Shown piece after piece: positions 61,787 to 64,000 of a stretch of DNA of 64,000 bases (positions are counted from its first letter, which is position 1; every line of letters begins with the position of its first letter). A model generated the notes under the pieces. It did no database searches, was not told where the DNA came from, and worked only from the letters and a program-made list of their open reading frames with translations. Both the position numbers and the translations under genes were made by a program. The DNA comes from Eutreptiella sp. 'Long Island Sound 2002' (Eukaryota > Protista > Euglenida), in assembly GCA_964036045.1 (NCBI GenBank), contig OZ038379.1:31310001-31374000 (forward strand), written 5' to 3'.

Positions 61787-63919
61787 ATGTTTCTGTCGAG
61801 GGGGGCCTCCCAGGCTGCGGGGAGGGCTCCCCTTGGCGCTCTTGCTCCCCGGGAGCTACCCGAGAGGCACTGGCCCTCTCTGCCGCTAGCGGCGACGGCC
61901 GCGCCTGCCGCCCCGCCCTCACGCCGAGGCCGACAGCGCCGGAGCGAAGACCGGAGGAGACCGCTAGCGGGGGGCACAACGCGTCCCCTCGCAGCAGCGG
62001 TCGCAACAGCCATCGCGGCGACGGCTGTGGCGGCGAGCTCGTCGTCGATGCGTGCAGATTCGGGCGCAAGCGTGGAGCCGAGCGCGGCCCAGGTGGCGGC
62101 ATGGGCAGCGGCAGCGGCAGCCCGCGGCGCCTTTTACGACGAGTACGTTGACTTCTTCTACGCCGAGGACGACGAGGAGTGCCCGTTTTGCTGTGGGCAG
62201 CTGGGCAGCTGCTACTGCCACGCGGAGCCTCTCGAGGAGGACATTACCGTGGGGCAGTTTCTGGAGCGGTACGTTACTGCACCTGCAGTGCGGGCCGCCT
62301 CTGTGGCTGCCGTGGCCGCGGGTGTTGTCGCTGGCAGCCAGCCCGCTGCCTTGGCCTTGGACGCTGCTGACGGTCCAGTGGAGCAGATCGCCGAGAAGGC
62401 TGTGCAGACCCCCGTGGAGCGCGTGATCGAGAAGGTCGTGCAGGCCCAGTCAGTGCAGAAGATCGTCGAGCGCCGTGTCGACGTCCCTTTCGAGGTTAAG
62501 GTCCGCCCGGAGGTCCGCGTCCCGCACCCTGTCCAGAAGGTTGCGGAGCGCCCTGAGCCATACCCGGTTGACAAGGTCGCTGAGGTTCCTCAGCCATACC
62601 CTGTCCAGAAGGTCGTCGAGCACCCTATGGCTGCTCCCGGTACGGCCATCGCTGGCTCCCAGGCCTCTGCCTTGGCCTTGGACGCCGCTGAGAGCCGCAT
62701 TGACGGCGAGTACTTTGGTGCTCAACCTGTGGCCCCTGCTGATTGGGCCACACTGCAGGCCGACCCCCTGCAGCTGTGGGGGCCACCGGAGGCATCTTGG
62801 GCAGCTGCAGTCAGCGCGCTGCCAGCTAACCCCCTTGCCCTGACCCAACCATGTGGATTCCCTAGGGGGAGGGGGGTGGAGGAGGTCCTAACCAGCCCCC
62901 CCTCCCCCCCTAAGGATGATTTCCCGCCTTTTTCACTGCCGGACCTCGTGGGGGCAGTGGTACAGGCGGAGGCGGAGGTCCGCTTTTTAATACAGCAGCA
63001 CAGGGCTGCGTGGCTGGAGCTGGAGTCTTCAAAACTCCAATGCTGCCTGGAGGCGACGCCCCGGGGTCCGCCGAAGCCGCGAAGGGCCCCCGCCGCCCCC
63101 CTGCAGCCACCAGCGCTGCCATTGCTGCAGGGCACCGCAAGTTCATTGCTGGCAGGCCCCGTCGCCTACCTGCAGGATGTGGCGCTCAACGGCGGGGCGC
63201 TGCCCCAAGGAGATGCGGGCCCTCCGCAGAAGGGGCCCTCAGGCCTACCTCCTCACCCTACCCCTAACCTTGTCTCAGGGCAGGGCAGGGCAGAGAGCTG
63301 GGAGGGGGCAGGGTTTGGGAACCCCCCTCCCTCCCCTCCCCTCAAGAAGACGGCGGGGGCTGGTTTTAACGGCTCCCTGCTGGCTGCAGGGTGCCCCAAT
63401 GGCGGGGCGTCCCGTTGGCTGCCCCCCCCCCCTATGGCGGCGGTGGGGGAAGACCACAACTTCCCCGTGCCGGATAGGCAGGCGCGTGCAGCGGCACAGT
63501 GCTGGGAGCCAAGGGCCTCCACAGGGCTGCCACAGGGGGCCAGCAGGTCGAGGCGGGGCAGGGCCAGGGCCAGGGCACCGGGCGACAGCGATGGGGGCCC
63601 ACGGGGCTTCACGGGAAGCAAAGGCGATGGGGGGTCCTGTCACAGGCTCCCGCTGACGGGAGCGCCCCCCGGGGCGATGGGAACCCCACCCCACAGATGG
63701 TCAGGGATCCAGCGGGTCAGGGCAGGGCATGGCTCGGGACAGGGCTCAGAAGGCAGGTGGAGGGGGCCCGTGGGGCTGCCCAGGGAGCAGAGGAGGAGGG
63801 GGTATGGCGGCGACCCCCCACTGACGGGAGCGTCCTCCGGGGCGCCGGGTAACCCGTCCCGTAAGGGCCCAGCACCGCCCCGGCGGCTGCACGGACGGGC
63901 GAGCTGGGAAGTGACTTAG
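61787..63919 (+). CDS. 710-aa ORF1-like protein of element C containing an articulin-like VPV-repeat block
   Basis: Uninterrupted ORF with ATG 2 nt after the ribozyme P2. Acidic/Cys patch (YDEYVDFFYAEDDEECPFCCGQLGSCYCH). 62378-62626 encodes VERVIEKVV...IVERRVDVPFEV.VRPEVRVPHPVQKVAERPEPYPVDKVAEVPQPYPVQKVVEHP. Confidence 0.7.
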   Translation: MFLSRGASQAAGRAPLGALAPRELPERHWPSLPLAATAAPAAPPSRRGRQRRSEDRRRPLAGGTTRPLAAAVATAIAATAVAASSSSMRADSGASVEPSAAQVAAWAAAAAARGAFYDEYVDFFYAEDDEECPFCCGQLGSCYCHAEPLEEDITVGQFLERYVTAPAVRAASVAAVAAGVVAGSQPAALALDAADGPVEQIAEKAVQTPVERVIEKVVQAQSVQKIVERRVDVPFEVKVRPEVRVPHPVQKVAERPEPYPVDKVAEVPQPYPVQKVVEHPMAAPGTAIAGSQASALALDAAESRIDGEYFGAQPVAPADWATLQADPLQLWGPPEASWAAAVSALPANPLALTQPCGFPRGRGVEEVLTSPPSPPKDDFPPFSLPDLVGAVVQAEAEVRFLIQQHRAAWLELESSKLQCCLEATPRGPPKPRRAPAAPLQPPALPLLQGTASSLLAGPVAYLQDVALNGGALPQGDAGPPQKGPSGLPPHPTPNLVSGQGRAESWEGAGFGNPPPSPPLKKTAGAGFNGSLLAAGCPNGGASRWLPPPPMAAVGEDHNFPVPDRQARAAAQCWEPRASTGLPQGASRSRRGRARARAPGDSDGGPRGFTGSKGDGGSCHRLPLTGAPPGAMGTPPHRWSGIQRVRAGHGSGQGSEGRWRGPVGLPREQRRRGYGGDPPLTGASSGAPGNPSRKGPAPPRRLHGRASWEVT

Positions 63920-64000
63920 TCATGACCAGCTCGTCCCTCTGTTCCGCCGTGCACCACAGGCGGGGGGCATTCAGCCCGGGGGGAGGGCGCAGAACTCTGA

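Larger units (their letters stand above)
61733..64000 (+). mobile_element. 5' part of a third LINE-family element (C), continuing beyond the window
   Basis: Same 5' signature as copy A, preceded by the 20-bp target (61713-61732), followed by a long GC-rich ORF. RT not visible in the window. Confidence 0.75.

Noticed and set aside
990-63430. Functional programmed frameshifts or G-quadruplex system at the many 9-16-nt G/C homopolymer runs
   Set aside because: Run lengths differ between homologous positions of A and B and are prone to slippage and sequencing error; no specific function can be supported.
1-64000. rRNA, SL-RNA/5S or snRNA genes
   Set aside because: No recognisable conserved sequence found by eye; an Infernal/Rfam scan would be needed to exclude divergent ones.

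Overview
Repeat-rich eukaryotic (protist) genomic DNA with GT-AG introns, long G/C homopolymer runs and one 200-N gap. A euglenid source is plausible from an articulin-like repeat but cannot be proven here. Host genes: a 3-exon glucosidase II beta (PRKCSH-like) gene with an extra PAN/Apple-like module (39231-43489, +); a 3-4 exon stand-alone voltage-sensor-domain gene (29662-31978, -); and the first two exons of a compact XPG/FEN1-family nuclease (12910-14466, -). About a third of the window is one family of GC-rich APE-RT LINEs: full-length copy A (2867-12509, -, 20-bp TSD), 5'-truncated copy B (~52411-61061, +), a ~95-bp 3' fragment (61427-61521) and the 5' end of element C (61733 to window end). 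The most striking system is this LINE family. (i) Both intact 5' ends start with a 52-53 nt sequence that folds as a minimal, P4-less HDV-like ribozyme, with G1 exactly at the TSD boundary. (ii) Insertions use a fixed 20-bp target, CCC-N12-TTTCA, and three sit at the identical nucleotide of adjacent units of one repeat. (iii) There is no poly(A) tail. (iv) A 2A-like GDVHPHPGP motif precedes the APE domain. (v) Element C's ORF carries an articulin-like VPV-repeat block. (vi) Copies A and B were inactivated by reciprocal CAG>TAG / TGG>TAG / CTG>CTA transitions, a RIP- or CHG-methylation-like signature. The rest comprises an 86-bp palindromic satellite at several loci, MITEs (one with a 15-16-bp TSD) and a decayed SF2 helicase ORF. 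All alignments and folds were done by eye; no database searches were run.
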